Notes: generated from the letters alone by a model not told the origin. 64,000 bases of DNA from Gammaproteobacteria bacterium (GCA_965215365.1 CBDCDS010000003.1:928001-992000); one strand, 5' to 3'; counted from the stretch's first letter, positions 42,895 to 53,494 are shown. A program made the numbers and translations.

Positions 42895-43275
42895 TTAACG
42901 GATTAACTTCACCTCAATACCCAATTCAAGCGTAGTCCAGGCCCGATCCGCGGTGATTACCCTGGTTTGCTCCCGGATTGCCAGGGCGAGACAGGCGCGA
43001 TCGCCCAAGGACAGGCCGGTATTCTGCGTCGTTTTTCGCATCAGGCCTGCTGCGATTGCCATGGCTTCGTCAAAAGGGCAAATCTGAAGGCCGAGGAGCG
43101 ATAGGGATGCTCTGGCCTCTTCTTCATTAACCCCCATGTCAACGTATCGGGTGATGACTTCGGACACGTTAACTGCCGATATTAAGCCTTCGTGCAGGAA
43201 CCGTGTTGCTACCTCTGCTCCTTGCTCCGCAAATGTGATAGCAAGTATTGCCGAACTGTCGAAGACAACGCTCAT
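42895..43275 (-). CDS. vapC: VapC PIN-domain toxin
   Basis: VFDSSAILA, SAVNVSEV, GLSLGDRACLALA, TADRAW. Confidence 0.92.
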   Translation of the reverse strand: MSVVFDSSAILAITFAEQGAEVATRFLHEGLISAVNVSEVITRYVDMGVNEEEARASLSLLGLQICPFDEAMAIAAGLMRKTTQNTGLSLGDRACLALAIREQTRVITADRAWTTLELGIEVKLIR

Positions 43276-43430
43276 GTTTCACCCCATAACGTCCGCCTGT
43301 CACTCAGGAATTGATCCACAATGCTGGTCCCTGGCGTTTTGTATTGCTTCATGCGGTTTTGGATCTGTGTTACCGCAACGGCAGGAGTGATAAGGCGCAA
43401 TTCACCTGCTATAACCCGGGCTGTAACATG
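43272..43430 (-). pseudogene. C-terminal part of an AbrB/VapB antitoxin
   Basis: VTARVIAGELRLITP...SIVDQFLSDRR, ATGA overlap with vapC; the N-terminal AbrB strand motif is missing. Confidence 0.65.
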
Positions 43431-43903
43431 GCTGTCCTTACGCGTCCTCCGAAGTAAGTGCAGGTGTAGTAAGGGGCAGTCGCGGGCGGTCAACGGTTAG
43501 CAGGCTCGTTTCCGTGTGGGAAACGGCGCATTTTACTATGCGTCCTCGACGACCTGCGTCGGGTACAAGGCGGGGCACGATGCCGTTGACCGGGAACAGT
43601 TTAGAGACGGGCTTGTCAAGCACCGTGATGAAAATTATACAAAGGAGCAAGTGGTTCAGCTTGCGGTTCAGCGTTTTGGTATTTCATCTTCACCAGTACT
43701 GTTTTCGAACTCGCCCCGGTCTCCGACCGTACCGCTGCTGATTTCTCCGTTGTATTTATCTGTATGTAAGTGGCCTCAGTTTCGATTACGACTTTTTCAA
43801 TGTTGGTTGAATAGCAACAAATTTCTTTTATAATATCAACTTGAAGTTTTTATTTTACGGTGGTCGTTATGTATTTATCAACCATACTATTGAGAAGAAA
43901 ATC

Positions 43904-45001
43904 ATGTTTGGGCAAAGGCTCAGATTAGCGCGAAAGAAGGCAGGTTTATCAATGCAGGCCCTTGGCTCTGGTGTTGTACCTAAAGTCAGCGCACAAGCAA
44001 TCAGCAAATATGAGGCGAGCAAGATGATGCCGTCTGCATCCGTGCTGGTCGGGCTAAGCAAAACGCTTGGGGTATCCATTGACTTCCTTGTGGCAGGCCA
44101 GGTTGAAACCCTGAAAGGGGTGGAGTTTCGCAAACATTCCGGTACCTCGGCGCGAGATCGCGCCCGCGTCGAAGTAATTGTGACCGAAAAGGTCGAGGAC
44201 TACCTGGCAATTGAAGACATTCTGGAACTGGTTCCGCCCGCTGATTCTTTTGGCGACCTAGTGGCCGATAGGCTCGAAAGTATGGAGCACATTGACGACA
44301 TGGCCAAAGCCTTGCGGGAGAAATGGCGACTGGGACTGGATCCAATTCCCAGCATGTCCGCACTGCTGGAAGATAAGGGGATTAAAGTTATCGAAGCGGA
44401 TCTACCAGACCGTTTCGATGGGATGGCTTGTGATGTAAAGCGTAGCGATGGCAGGCCTGACACGGCGGTCGTTGTTGCGTCCAATCGTACTAACATAGAA
44501 CGCAAACGGTTTACTCTCGCCCATGAGCTCGCACACCGGGTCATTCGCTCGACCGGTAATCCGGATATCGATCTTGAAAAAGCCATGAACCGCTTCGCAG
44601 GCGCATTTCTTGTACCAGGCGAACACTTAATCGAGGAAGCCGGAGCGCATCGGCACGGCATGACTTATCGCGAGTTGGTCAGGTTAAAACATCTTTATGG
44701 CATTTCGGCGGTGGCGATATTGATGCGGCTCATGCAGGTAGATATTTTGTCAAAACCGGTGGTTGAATATGCCTTCCGCAGCTATGCGCGCACTTGGCGT
44801 GTTGAAGAACCGGAACCAATCCGTCGTGATGAAGGCTTTGGCGCCTTTGAACGGCCACAGCGTTTCGAGCGATTAGTTTGGCGGGCCTTGGGAGAACACC
44901 TGATTGCGCCGGTACGCGCAGCACAGTTCTTGCGCTCACCCGTTTCAGCTATCGAACAGGAAATTCGAGGGCCGCATAATGAACTGTGTCGTCGTCAATG
45001 A
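43904..45001 (+). CDS. XRE HTH + ImmA/IrrE zinc metallopeptidase
   Basis: GQRLRLAR...SAQAISKYE; RKRFTLAHELAH; E..MNRFAGAFL. Confidence 0.92.
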   Translation: MFGQRLRLARKKAGLSMQALGSGVVPKVSAQAISKYEASKMMPSASVLVGLSKTLGVSIDFLVAGQVETLKGVEFRKHSGTSARDRARVEVIVTEKVEDYLAIEDILELVPPADSFGDLVADRLESMEHIDDMAKALREKWRLGLDPIPSMSALLEDKGIKVIEADLPDRFDGMACDVKRSDGRPDTAVVVASNRTNIERKRFTLAHELAHRVIRSTGNPDIDLEKAMNRFAGAFLVPGEHLIEEAGAHRHGMTYRELVRLKHLYGISAVAILMRLMQVDILSKPVVEYAFRSYARTWRVEEPEPIRRDEGFGAFERPQRFERLVWRALGEHLIAPVRAAQFLRSPVSAIEQEIRGPHNELCRRQ

Positions 45002-45485
45002 TGCGTCTTGTTTGATAGACCTCCGAAAAGGGCGGCTTCTGCATATGTTGTCGCACTTGCCTTATCGCTTCATCGTGCCACTACCAATACGCAAGTCGGA
45101 ATTACTCGACTTCACGCCCCAGGAATGGACAATTCTCGACGGTGGGGGCATGGAAACCTGTGACCTCCCGCCAGAACGAATGGCGGATGTATTCGCACTG
45201 AAGAGGCAACACGGCAGGCTAACAGCAAACGACTGCTTTTGTCTGGTTGCCACACAATGTCACAAGGGAGGAATTCTTCTGACCGGTGACAGTCTTCTGC
45301 GTAAAGTCGCAGTTGAACTCGGTATTAAAGTCCATGGCGTACTCTGGGTCATCAAAGAATTTATAGCAGCCGATGTCTGTGATAATGCGCTTCTGATAAG
45401 AGCATTAAAAATCTGGAAGGATGATGCGGCAGTATTCCTCCCAAAATCGGAGATCGAGCAGCAGTTACGCGTCCTCCTTGACTGA
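44979..45485 (+). CDS. PIN-domain protein coupled to HTH-IrrE
   Basis: VVNDASCLIDL, LTAND, LLTGD..LRK.A...G..VHGVLW. Confidence 0.85.
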   Translation: MNCVVVNDASCLIDLRKGRLLHMLSHLPYRFIVPLPIRKSELLDFTPQEWTILDGGGMETCDLPPERMADVFALKRQHGRLTANDCFCLVATQCHKGGILLTGDSLLRKVAVELGIKVHGVLWVIKEFIAADVCDNALLIRALKIWKDDAAVFLPKSEIEQQLRVLLD

Positions 45486-45695
45486 CGGCGTACTTTCCAT
45501 GATTGGTTAGATCATGATTTCGTGAATTCGTAACTACTCGCCCCCCTTACCCTGATCTTTTGTTCTGATCTGGTTTTTCTTAACCGTTTTATTTTTGAGC
45601 GGTTTTTCCACCATGGTGGCGGCGTCTCCCTTGAGTGCTATCTCGATGGCGGCGAGGGGATTGTAGCCCTTCAGGGTCATAGACTGCAAGTAGCT

Positions 45696-46827
45696 TGTCC
45701 AGGTTCAATACATATGAGACTCAGAGGCAGGCTGTGTGAGTTGTTGATAATACTCCATTGGGGTTAATAAACCAATACCGTCATGCGGGCGGTAGGTATT
45801 GTAGTATTGCTGATACTCGGCCAGTTTGCGGTTGATGGCGGCCACGGTCAGTGGACCCTCGTAGAACGGATAGAACTCATAGCGGCTGGTGGCATTGGCG
45901 CGTTCTACACAGCCGTTGTATTCGGGTTTTTTCGGGGGCAGCACGTACAGGGGGATTCCTAAGTCCTGGCAAGCCTGCTCGAACTCATCTCGGAACTCCG
46001 AGCCGCCATCGACCTGGATAGAACGGATGGGAAACGGCGCCTCACCGAGCAGCGCTTTTAAGAAGCGCCGGGCATTGCCACTGGTGGCCCGACTGTAGGC
46101 TCGCAGCGCACTCCATTTGCTCACCGGACAGACGGCCTTGAACTCCTTCACCGTGACGCCGTCCGTGAAGCCGACACTCATGTGGTCTATCTGCATCAAC
46201 TCCCCTGGCGCCTTAGCCTTCATCCCGTAGCGCCAGCGCTTGGCATGATGGGTAAACGCCCGGCGGCGCTTAGGCTTCACCCGGCCATAGTAAAACGCCA
46301 CCGGCTTGACCCGACCTAGCCGCACCCGCTTCGCCACGATGCGCCCGACCGTACTCTCGCTCAAAGTCCAGCCCTGCTCGCGCACCCCCACCCGCCAGAG
46401 CTTACGCTTACCCCATAACGGATAACGTTGGCGAAGGTGCAAGACCTGCTGCTCGTGCTGGCGCGTCCATTGCGGCACACGCCGCCGCCGCGGCGCACGA
46501 GAGCCACACCCCAGACCCTTCAGCCCATGTTCACGATACCGCTTCAACCAACGGTAGTAGGTCGCCCTCGACCAACCTACTGCTGCCAGTGCCGTCGCCT
46601 CACCACACCCATCCTCGCGTAACGTCGCAACCAATTCCAACTGCTTCAAACGACCGAGCGCGTCAGCATCGGTAGTATCATCGACGCGCCAACTGCGATA
46701 TGATTTCACCCGCAGGCTTTTGATCTGCATCGGGTAGTCCTCCTGTGTCAATTAGTTGAGATTAATTCACACACAGACTACCCGATTTCTTTATCTAAAG
46801 AGTCTCACTTGTTTCTGAACCCGGACA
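45696..46827 (-). mobile_element. IS481-family element, apparently intact (transposase 45705-46751)
   Basis: TGTCCAGGTTCA...TGAACCCGGACA ends; 6-bp TSD GTAGCT; DDE core QIDH, QVDGGSEF, NGCVER. Confidence 0.92.
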
Positions 46828-47359
46828 GTAGCTGGAGATGCGGCAGTAGGTGTCGGCGTAGGCGGTGGTTCGGAAGCAGCCGGAGACTTTTTGTTTGACT
46901 TTAGCCATACGGATATCGCGTTCGGCGCGGTTGTTGGTGAACGGCACGTTGGGGTCGCGGGCGAAGCGGAGGACTTCGGTTTCGTACTTGACGAGGGCAT
47001 CATGGAGGTTTTGTGCCTCACATTGGGCAATCCGTCCGCGTTGGCCGGTGAGCCGTTTCGGGGGTGTGGGGAGTTCCCGTTTGGCTTGTGTCAGGATAGT
47101 CCGGTAGCGGGTGCGCAGGGACTGGTAGTCGGTCTCGCTGAGTGCCTTGTTTTTATGTGTGCGCACCTGTCGGCAGGTCTTGAGCAGGAGGCGGCTCATA
47201 CGTTGGGCCCAGGCATGGCCGTGGGCGTCCTCGATAAAGGCCAAGTTACGCAACAGGTGACTGCCGCACAGGGCATGCTCGCAGTTGTCATAGGCGAAGT
47301 AGCTGGCCCAGCGGTCGTGCACGAGAACACCGCCGTAGCGGGGGACGATGCCGATGTCC

Positions 47360-48990
47360 CAGCAATTCCCGCTAATGCCTGAGCAGTCATAAAATCCTTA
47401 CAAATACAGGGTTTTTGAGCGATCTGAAAAAAGGTTTTCGCAAACTTTTAGGGTGGATTCAGTATACTACCGGGCATTATTCACGTCAAAGGTGAGGTGA
47501 GCCATGTCCCGTCCTGCTTTACGTAAGTCGCTGAGTGCCCCGGGTTTGTTAAGTGAAGTCCGCCGTTGTTTTGAAGCTATCAAGGATGATACGGTGGGGC
47601 GTGGGTTTGCGTTGGTCGATTACCTGATGTCGGGGCTGGCGGTGTTCGGGTTGAAGTACCCCTCGCTGCTGCAGTTTGACGAAGGCCGCGCAGATGCGGT
47701 GGTGGCCTCGAACCTGCGGACGTTGTATGGGATTGACAAAGCGCCGTCGGACACGGCGTTACGAGAGCGGCTCGATGCGGTGGACCCGGCGGCATTGCGG
47801 GGTGCGTTTCGGCGGGTGTTGCATCTGTTGCAGCGGGGCAAGGGGTTAGATTCGTTTCACTGGTGGGCGGGGCATTACCTGTTGTCGGTGGATGGCACGG
47901 GGTATTTTTATTCAGACCGGGTGCATTGCGAGCAGTGTTGTCAGACACAGCACCGGGACGGTCGGGTGAGTTATTACCATCAACTGCTGGGGGCGGTGCT
48001 GGTACATCCTGAGCAACGGGTGGTCTTGCCGTTGGCGCCCGAGCCGATCACCCGTGCGGACGGGGCTCAGAAGAACGATTGCGAGCGCAATGCGGCCAAG
48101 CGGTTGCTGGCCGATGTGCGCCGGGAGCACCCGCACCTGAAACTGATAGTGGTGGAGGATGCGCTGGCGGCGAACGGGCCGCATATCCGGTTGTTACAGT
48201 CGTTGAAGATGCGTTATATTCTGGGGGTCAAGCCCGGTGACCATACCTTTCTGTTTAACTGGCTCGCCACCACGCCGGGGGTGAACACGGCTGAGTTCAC
48301 GGACAAAGACGGTGTCGTACACCGATTCCGTTATCTCCATGGCGCCCCCTTGAACGAGACACACTTTGACCTGACGGTGAATGTCTTGGATTATGAAGAA
48401 CAACGCCCCTCAGGCAAGACACAGCGCTTTACCTGGGTGACAGACATTCCCCTGCATCAAGACAACCTGCTGCGGATTATGCGCGGGGCGCGGGCGCGCT
48501 GGAAAATTGAGAACGAGACATTCAATACCCTGAAGAACCAAGGCTACCACTTCGAGCATAACTTCGGCCATGGTTATCAACACCTGTCTACCGTGTTCGC
48601 CTACCTGATGATGCTGGCGTTCCTGATAGACCAGGTGCAGCAGCAGTGCTGCGGGCTGTTCCAGGCGGCGCTGGCCCAACAGGGCCGCAAGCGCTACTTC
48701 TGGGAGAAGCTCAGAAGCTTCTTCTTCACGTGGTTGTTGCCGGACTGGGAGACGCTGTATCGGGCGCTGGCCTACGGGCCTGCTCCGACGCTGTTAGTGG
48801 CCTATGATACATCCTGAGCCCACGCCGTGACCGAGTGGTTCGAGGTGGGGGACTTCAGGGGAAATCAAGCCACATCAACACCTGCCGGGAACAGCCGGAG
48901 GACCGCGCATCCCCTGATGACCGGGAGACCTTAAAAAAATGAGCCCGACCTGATGATGCCTCCACTTACCAGAGTTAGCGGGAGCAGCTG
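47360..48990 (+). mobile_element. ISNCY-type DDE element, apparently intact (transposase 47504-48817)
   Basis: TIRs CAGCAATTCCCGCTAA / TTAGCGGGAGCAGCTG; 9-bp TSD CCGATGTCC; SVDGT, DCERNAAKR, RWKIENETFNTLK. Confidence 0.9.
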
Positions 48991-49816
48991 CCGATGTCCT
49001 TGAGGGCGTCCCCGCCCCGCTTGCGGTGGCAGTGTTTCAGTACCAGGTTCCCGGCACTGGTGCTGTGCAGCCAGTGTTGTGTGCGGTCGATGCGCAAGGA
49101 GGTCTCATCGGCGTGCAGCACGGGCTCTGTGAGCAGGCGGGCGATAGCCGCCCGCTCCCACCCGGCCAGGGCCTCATGCACCCGCGTGAGCCAGGCCAGT
49201 AAGGTCGCCTCGGCGACGGCGCGCCCGGTCAGTGCATGAAGTGTCTGCGCCGTACGTTTGAGCGAGAGCATTTGGGCCGTTAACAGGTGCGTGGCGAAAG
49301 CCACGATGCCAGGGCCGTATTGTAAAGGCCCCGGCATGTCATCGGGAAACGCCCCGTGGGTCTCAGTGCCACAGCGCGGACAGGTTTTTATCTCGGCGTC
49401 AATGGTCAACTCGGTCGTCTCGAAGACTATATCGACCTTGACTCGTCGCACATGGCCGGTGGGGGCGGTGCCTTTGAGATCATGCCCGCAGGCCCGGCAG
49501 CCGGTCACGGGCACCGTGCGGGTCTGAGCCACCACGCGCCGGGACGCGCTGGGCACCGTCCCGGTCTGCGGCCCCTTGCCCTGCTTGCCGGGCCGTGTGC
49601 GCGCACTGTCATCGGGGTCGGTGCGGGAACTGGGCAGGCTGGAGTTGTGCGCCCCCTTCGGTGTGGTCTTCTCTAAGAACACCGCCAGCAGCAACTCGAA
49701 TAGCAGCAACATCGACTCGAACAGCGCACGCCCTTCGGGACTCAGCGCGCCGTCGGCGCACAACGCCTTAAAACGCATTCGGATGGCCTCGAACTCCGCA
49801 CGCAATGAGGCCTTGT

Positions 49817-50509
49817 TCACCGTGGCCATGTGCACTGTGCCTCCACCGCCATCATCGCCGCCAGCACCGCCAGCCGCTCGGCCGGGGGCAAGTCACGATA
49901 ACGCCGCCCCCAGTTCTCAGCCTTGCGCTTGACCTGCTGGCGGTGCGTGAAGTTGCGCCCCGCATAGCGCACCCAGTGCACCCGGTCCGGCACAAAATTG
50001 AACCAGACCCGCTCGGTCACCACCCCGCCCTGATTCATCACCTGCAAGGACACACTGCGCCAGCCCGCCAGCACCTCATCATACAAGGCCGAAGGATACC
50101 CCGACACCATCACCGCACAGGGCAGCCCCTGCAGTAACGCCAGCAGCGCCTCATGGTCTGAGTCCTCGTAGTCATACCGGTAACGGTGCCGTGACTTGCG
50201 CGTGCTGTGCAGGTAGGGCGGGTCGCTGTACACCAACTCCGTGCCGTCAAACGGAAAAGTCGCCAACCAGCGGTGACAACACCCCTGCACCAACTCCACC
50301 GGATACCTACACGTAAACCCCGCCAACGCCCGCACATCAAGATCAATCCCAATGTTGCGCAACGCCGCCGGCTTGCGCTGCATAATCGCCCCGCCGCCTA
50401 AGTGTGTCTCAATGTACACACTGTGCGGCGGCATCATCGCAATGAGCGGCTGGCACAGACCCGTCGTGGCTTTCGACCCTCGGTACGCATTCCCCATGAC
50501 GACCAACAT
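49817..50509 (-). CDS. Dam-like DNA adenine methyltransferase inside IS66
   Basis: Y.GSK, YIETHLGGGA, YSDPPY, VMVSGY. Confidence 0.85.
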   Translation of the reverse strand: MLVVMGNAYRGSKATTGLCQPLIAMMPPHSVYIETHLGGGAIMQRKPAALRNIGIDLDVRALAGFTCRYPVELVQGCCHRWLATFPFDGTELVYSDPPYLHSTRKSRHRYRYDYEDSDHEALLALLQGLPCAVMVSGYPSALYDEVLAGWRSVSLQVMNQGGVVTERVWFNFVPDRVHWVRYAGRNFTHRQQVKRKAENWGRRYRDLPPAERLAVLAAMMAVEAQCTWPR

Positions 50510-50600
50510 AACGCCATGACGCTATGTTGTCAAGGACGCCTTGACAAAAAATTCAGTAGAATTAGAGGGAGGGGGCGAGTAGTTACATGAATTCTGGAAA

Positions 50601-50954
50601 TTAATCCCACGGAGAATTTACATCTATGGGATCAGCAGTTGGATGCCGTCGACCTACCTTTGGGTTCCAATAATTCGCCAAATATGCCTCCACACCATCA
50701 CGTTTCTGTGCAGACGCTGTTGCCCAGGTTACATAGAGGTCAAGGTCTTTATACTTCTGAATCATCGGGTCAGTCCGGTGGTCTTTAAGGCGGTCCCTGA
50801 TATTACCTTGACCGACATACACCACCTTAGGAGCTGTACCTCCATGCCAGATTATATAAACACCGCTCTTGCCGTTGAAATGTTCATGGTCCAAATTGAC
50901 ATGATTTAGCTTGCACCAGACATCGCCTTGGCACTTTATCCAGTTCAGAAACAT
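50601..50954 (-). CDS. Stand-alone GIY-YIG nuclease-domain protein
   Basis: SGVYII...VYVGQGNIRDRLKDH...VEAYL...NP; AGGAG RBS. Confidence 0.8.
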   Translation of the reverse strand: MFLNWIKCQGDVWCKLNHVNLDHEHFNGKSGVYIIWHGGTAPKVVYVGQGNIRDRLKDHRTDPMIQKYKDLDLYVTWATASAQKRDGVEAYLANYWNPKVGRRHPTADPIDVNSPWD

Positions 50955-51013
50955 TCAAGGTCTCCTGTTTTTTTGTGGTAGGTCGTTTCTGTGGAATAAT
51001 TTTCTATTCATTT

Positions 51014-51967
51014 TTAACTCGGAAGGTTTTCGGGTTCGTTCGTGTCTTGCAGGATTTGGTCAGGCTGAGATATGTCTGGAACCGCAAAATAGCTTACCGG
51101 TACTTGCTGACATGTCTCATCTATGCGACGAAATACTGCCTTAGTATCTTCATCGGTAGTGTGTTGACAAACTATGCCACACAGCTTCTTCTGCGAGTCC
51201 ATTGCTTCAGAAATACTTTGCCTGTTAAGCCTGTCAAGGATAGTGCCTCTTGTTTGAGGCGATAAGCTTATGATGAACTGACTAAGTACGAAGAATGCAT
51301 CATCAAGGGAATCTCCAACCCGGACGATTGCACTTGCCGGAACACTTTGGAAATAGTTACCTTGGGCAACCTCGTAAGAAAAGTAATCATGTAACTCAAC
51401 GCAATTTCTTTTAAACTCGTCTATGTCCTTTCGATAAAGTTCCCGAAATTCTGAGATCGATGGCGCTCCATTCAGGGTAGATTTCTCATTCGGGGTACTT
51501 TGATAATAACTGCCATACTCCCGCGTGATTTCCTTAAACTTATTCGCAGCATTGTCAATCTCTGTTGCGATACTTTCCAGACGCTTTTGAGCGTCAGAGC
51601 TAAAAAGACGTGAAACATGGTATGAGAGGCGTTGCGAAGTCACTTTCGCAACCATTATACCGATCACGGCAAGCCCTAAAAGAACTTCCAAGCCGGCAAG
51701 GGCTTTGGAAATTCCCACCGGATGCATATCACCGTATCCCAGAGAAGAGACCGTAACGACACTGAAATATATGCCTTCGAGTAACGTAGTTTCAGAGAGC
51801 GGCATGAGATTTTGTCCAATTCCATGGCCGACAGGCGTAAGGTAGGTATAAACAATACCAAAGCCGATGACAATTATGATAAATATTAAGCCATATACCA
51901 GCAGGCTGACGTCTTCCACAAGGAAGATGAGTATCCTTTGGCTAAGAAGCCTTATTGCGTTCTTCAT
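51014..51967 (-). CDS. Potassium-channel (Ion_trans_2) pore with an uncharacterised helical cytoplasmic domain
   Basis: TM - YFSVVTVSSLGYGDMHP - TM, then about 200 aa helical tail. Confidence 0.85.
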   Translation of the reverse strand: MKNAIRLLSQRILIFLVEDVSLLVYGLIFIIIVIGFGIVYTYLTPVGHGIGQNLMPLSETTLLEGIYFSVVTVSSLGYGDMHPVGISKALAGLEVLLGLAVIGIMVAKVTSQRLSYHVSRLFSSDAQKRLESIATEIDNAANKFKEITREYGSYYQSTPNEKSTLNGAPSISEFRELYRKDIDEFKRNCVELHDYFSYEVAQGNYFQSVPASAIVRVGDSLDDAFFVLSQFIISLSPQTRGTILDRLNRQSISEAMDSQKKLCGIVCQHTTDEDTKAVFRRIDETCQQVPVSYFAVPDISQPDQILQDTNEPENLPS

Positions 51968-52034
51968 GATTCGAGACAATGCTCCTTTCTGATGGTCAGT
52001 TCCTGTATAACGGTTGCCATTACTGCGCTCCTGA

Positions 52035-53225
52035 AAATGATTGATTAAATCGTCCACGTCTCGTAGTGTCCCTGATTTTGTCGCTACATAGCAAGTTGGT
52101 GCGGGCTACTACCTCATGTCTGGCATTATCTATCGTACCTCATCAGCTTGTCAAAATGAAAATTTCTACCAAAGTGCGGAATCGGTGTTCAAGATGAACT
52201 GAAATCCGCCGTGGGCGTTGTAGCGATGGGATTGCGAGTCTGGATATAGAGGTGACCTTACATGCGTTGAACCTGGACACAGAGTTGACAACAACCGGCA
52301 AGCAGACTATTCTGCAACTCACTGAAACCAGAAAGGAGAATGTCCTCATGGAAAACGAATTACATCGAAACCCCGCCAGCCCCGAAAAAATATGGGCCAC
52401 CTTGGATCGCATAACCGAGAGGCAGGAGAAGGAAGCCAAACTACGACAGCAAGAGGCCGACCGACGCCAGCAAGAGTACGATCGTCAGCAGCGAAAAATG
52501 GACCGGCAGTTGGAGGCAATCCGGCGGCAGATGGAAGATACCGACCGGCGTCTGAAGAAAACGGACGAGTTGTTTAACAGCCAATGGGGTAAGTTGGTGG
52601 AAAGTCTGGTGGAAGGAGACCTGATAGCGCTGTTGCAGGCGCGCGGCATTGCGGTGGAGTCGACCCATCCGCGCGTGAGTGGTCGCCGCAATGGCGAGCA
52701 CTATGAGTTTGACATCCTGGCCATTAACGGTGAGGAAGTGGTGGTGGTAGAGGTGAAGACTACGTTGCGACCTGAGGACGTGACACATTTTCTGGCGAAA
52801 TTGGCGCGGTTCACGGAATACGAGCCGGTATGGAAAGGCAAGCGTATCCTAGGCGCGGTGGCCTACCTGAAGACGGATGCCTCGGTGCTGGCGCATGCGC
52901 AACGCCAGGGGTTGTTCGTCATTCGGGCCACTGGCAGCAGCGCCAGCATCATCAACCCGACAGACTTCCGGCCCCGAGTGTTTCTCTGACAGCCCATTTA
53001 ACGGATTAACTTCACCTCAATACCCAATTCAAGCGCAGCCCAGGCCCGATCCGCGGTGATTACCCTGGTTTGCTCCCGGATTGCCAGGGCGAGACAGGCG
53101 CGATCGCCCAAGGACAGGCCGGTATTCTGCGTCGTTTTTCGCATCAGGCCTGCTGCGATTGCCATGGCTTCGTCAAAAGGGCAAATCTGAAGGCCGAGGA
53201 GCGATAGGGATGCTCTGGCCTCTTC
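52035..53225 (+). repeat. 1.19-kb direct repeat, copy 2 (includes 5'-truncated vapC)
   Basis: Near-identical to 41932-43122. Confidence 0.97.
52348..52989 (+). CDS. Second identical copy of the coiled-coil PD-(D/E)XK protein
   Basis: Translation identical to 42245-42886. Confidence 0.8.
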   Translation: MENELHRNPASPEKIWATLDRITERQEKEAKLRQQEADRRQQEYDRQQRKMDRQLEAIRRQMEDTDRRLKKTDELFNSQWGKLVESLVEGDLIALLQARGIAVESTHPRVSGRRNGEHYEFDILAINGEEVVVVEVKTTLRPEDVTHFLAKLARFTEYEPVWKGKRILGAVAYLKTDASVLAHAQRQGLFVIRATGSSASIINPTDFRPRVFL

Positions 53226-53364
53226 ATTTCAACTAATTTGTTGACTGTGATTGGTAACGTTAAACTGTCAATTCTCTTCTTCTCCTTCTATCAGGCACCA
53301 GAACCGGGCGAGATTATGCTTCCCTTCCATTTTGTTGAGAAAATAATGCCAGGGAGGGCATTTT

Positions 53365-53426
53365 TAGCCCGCATATCTCACCCAGTGATGCGAAGATCGC
53401 GCCGGATTGGTGCTGCCTGCGGGTTA
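53365..53426. repeat. 62-bp MITE-like unit with terminal inverted repeats
   Basis: TAGCCCGCATATCTCACCCAGT...CTGCGGGTTA. Confidence 0.6.
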
Positions 53427-53494
53427 GAGGTTACTATAAACATCCGGCTGCGTTATAGTAGTGACGTATTTACACTGAGTAGTGACAGATAGCT

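Larger units (their letters stand above)
41932..43122 (+). repeat. 1.19-kb direct repeat, copy 1
   Basis: Near-identical to 52035-53225 (offset 10103); substitutions seen at 42933 and 42936. Confidence 0.97.
45534..49829 (-). pseudogene. IS66 transposase in three pieces (49829-48991, 47359-46828, 45695-45534)
   Basis: NSSLPSS, CxxC zinc finger, LHADET, HDR, LCGSHLLR, FTNNRAERDIR..KVKQKVSGCFR, ends GGE* inside the TIR. Confidence 0.9.
45530..50586 (-). mobile_element. IS66-family (ISBst12-like) element with methylase passenger, disrupted by two nested IS
   Basis: TIRs GTAACTACTCGCCCCC / GGGGGCGAGTAGTTAC; flanks GTGAATTC/ATGAATTC (8-bp TSD, 1 mismatch). Confidence 0.9.

Noticed and set aside
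43438-43833. Short ORFs between the vapB remnant and HTH-IrrE
   Set aside because: No RBS or motif; conflicting frames; probably a fragment of an unidentified gene.
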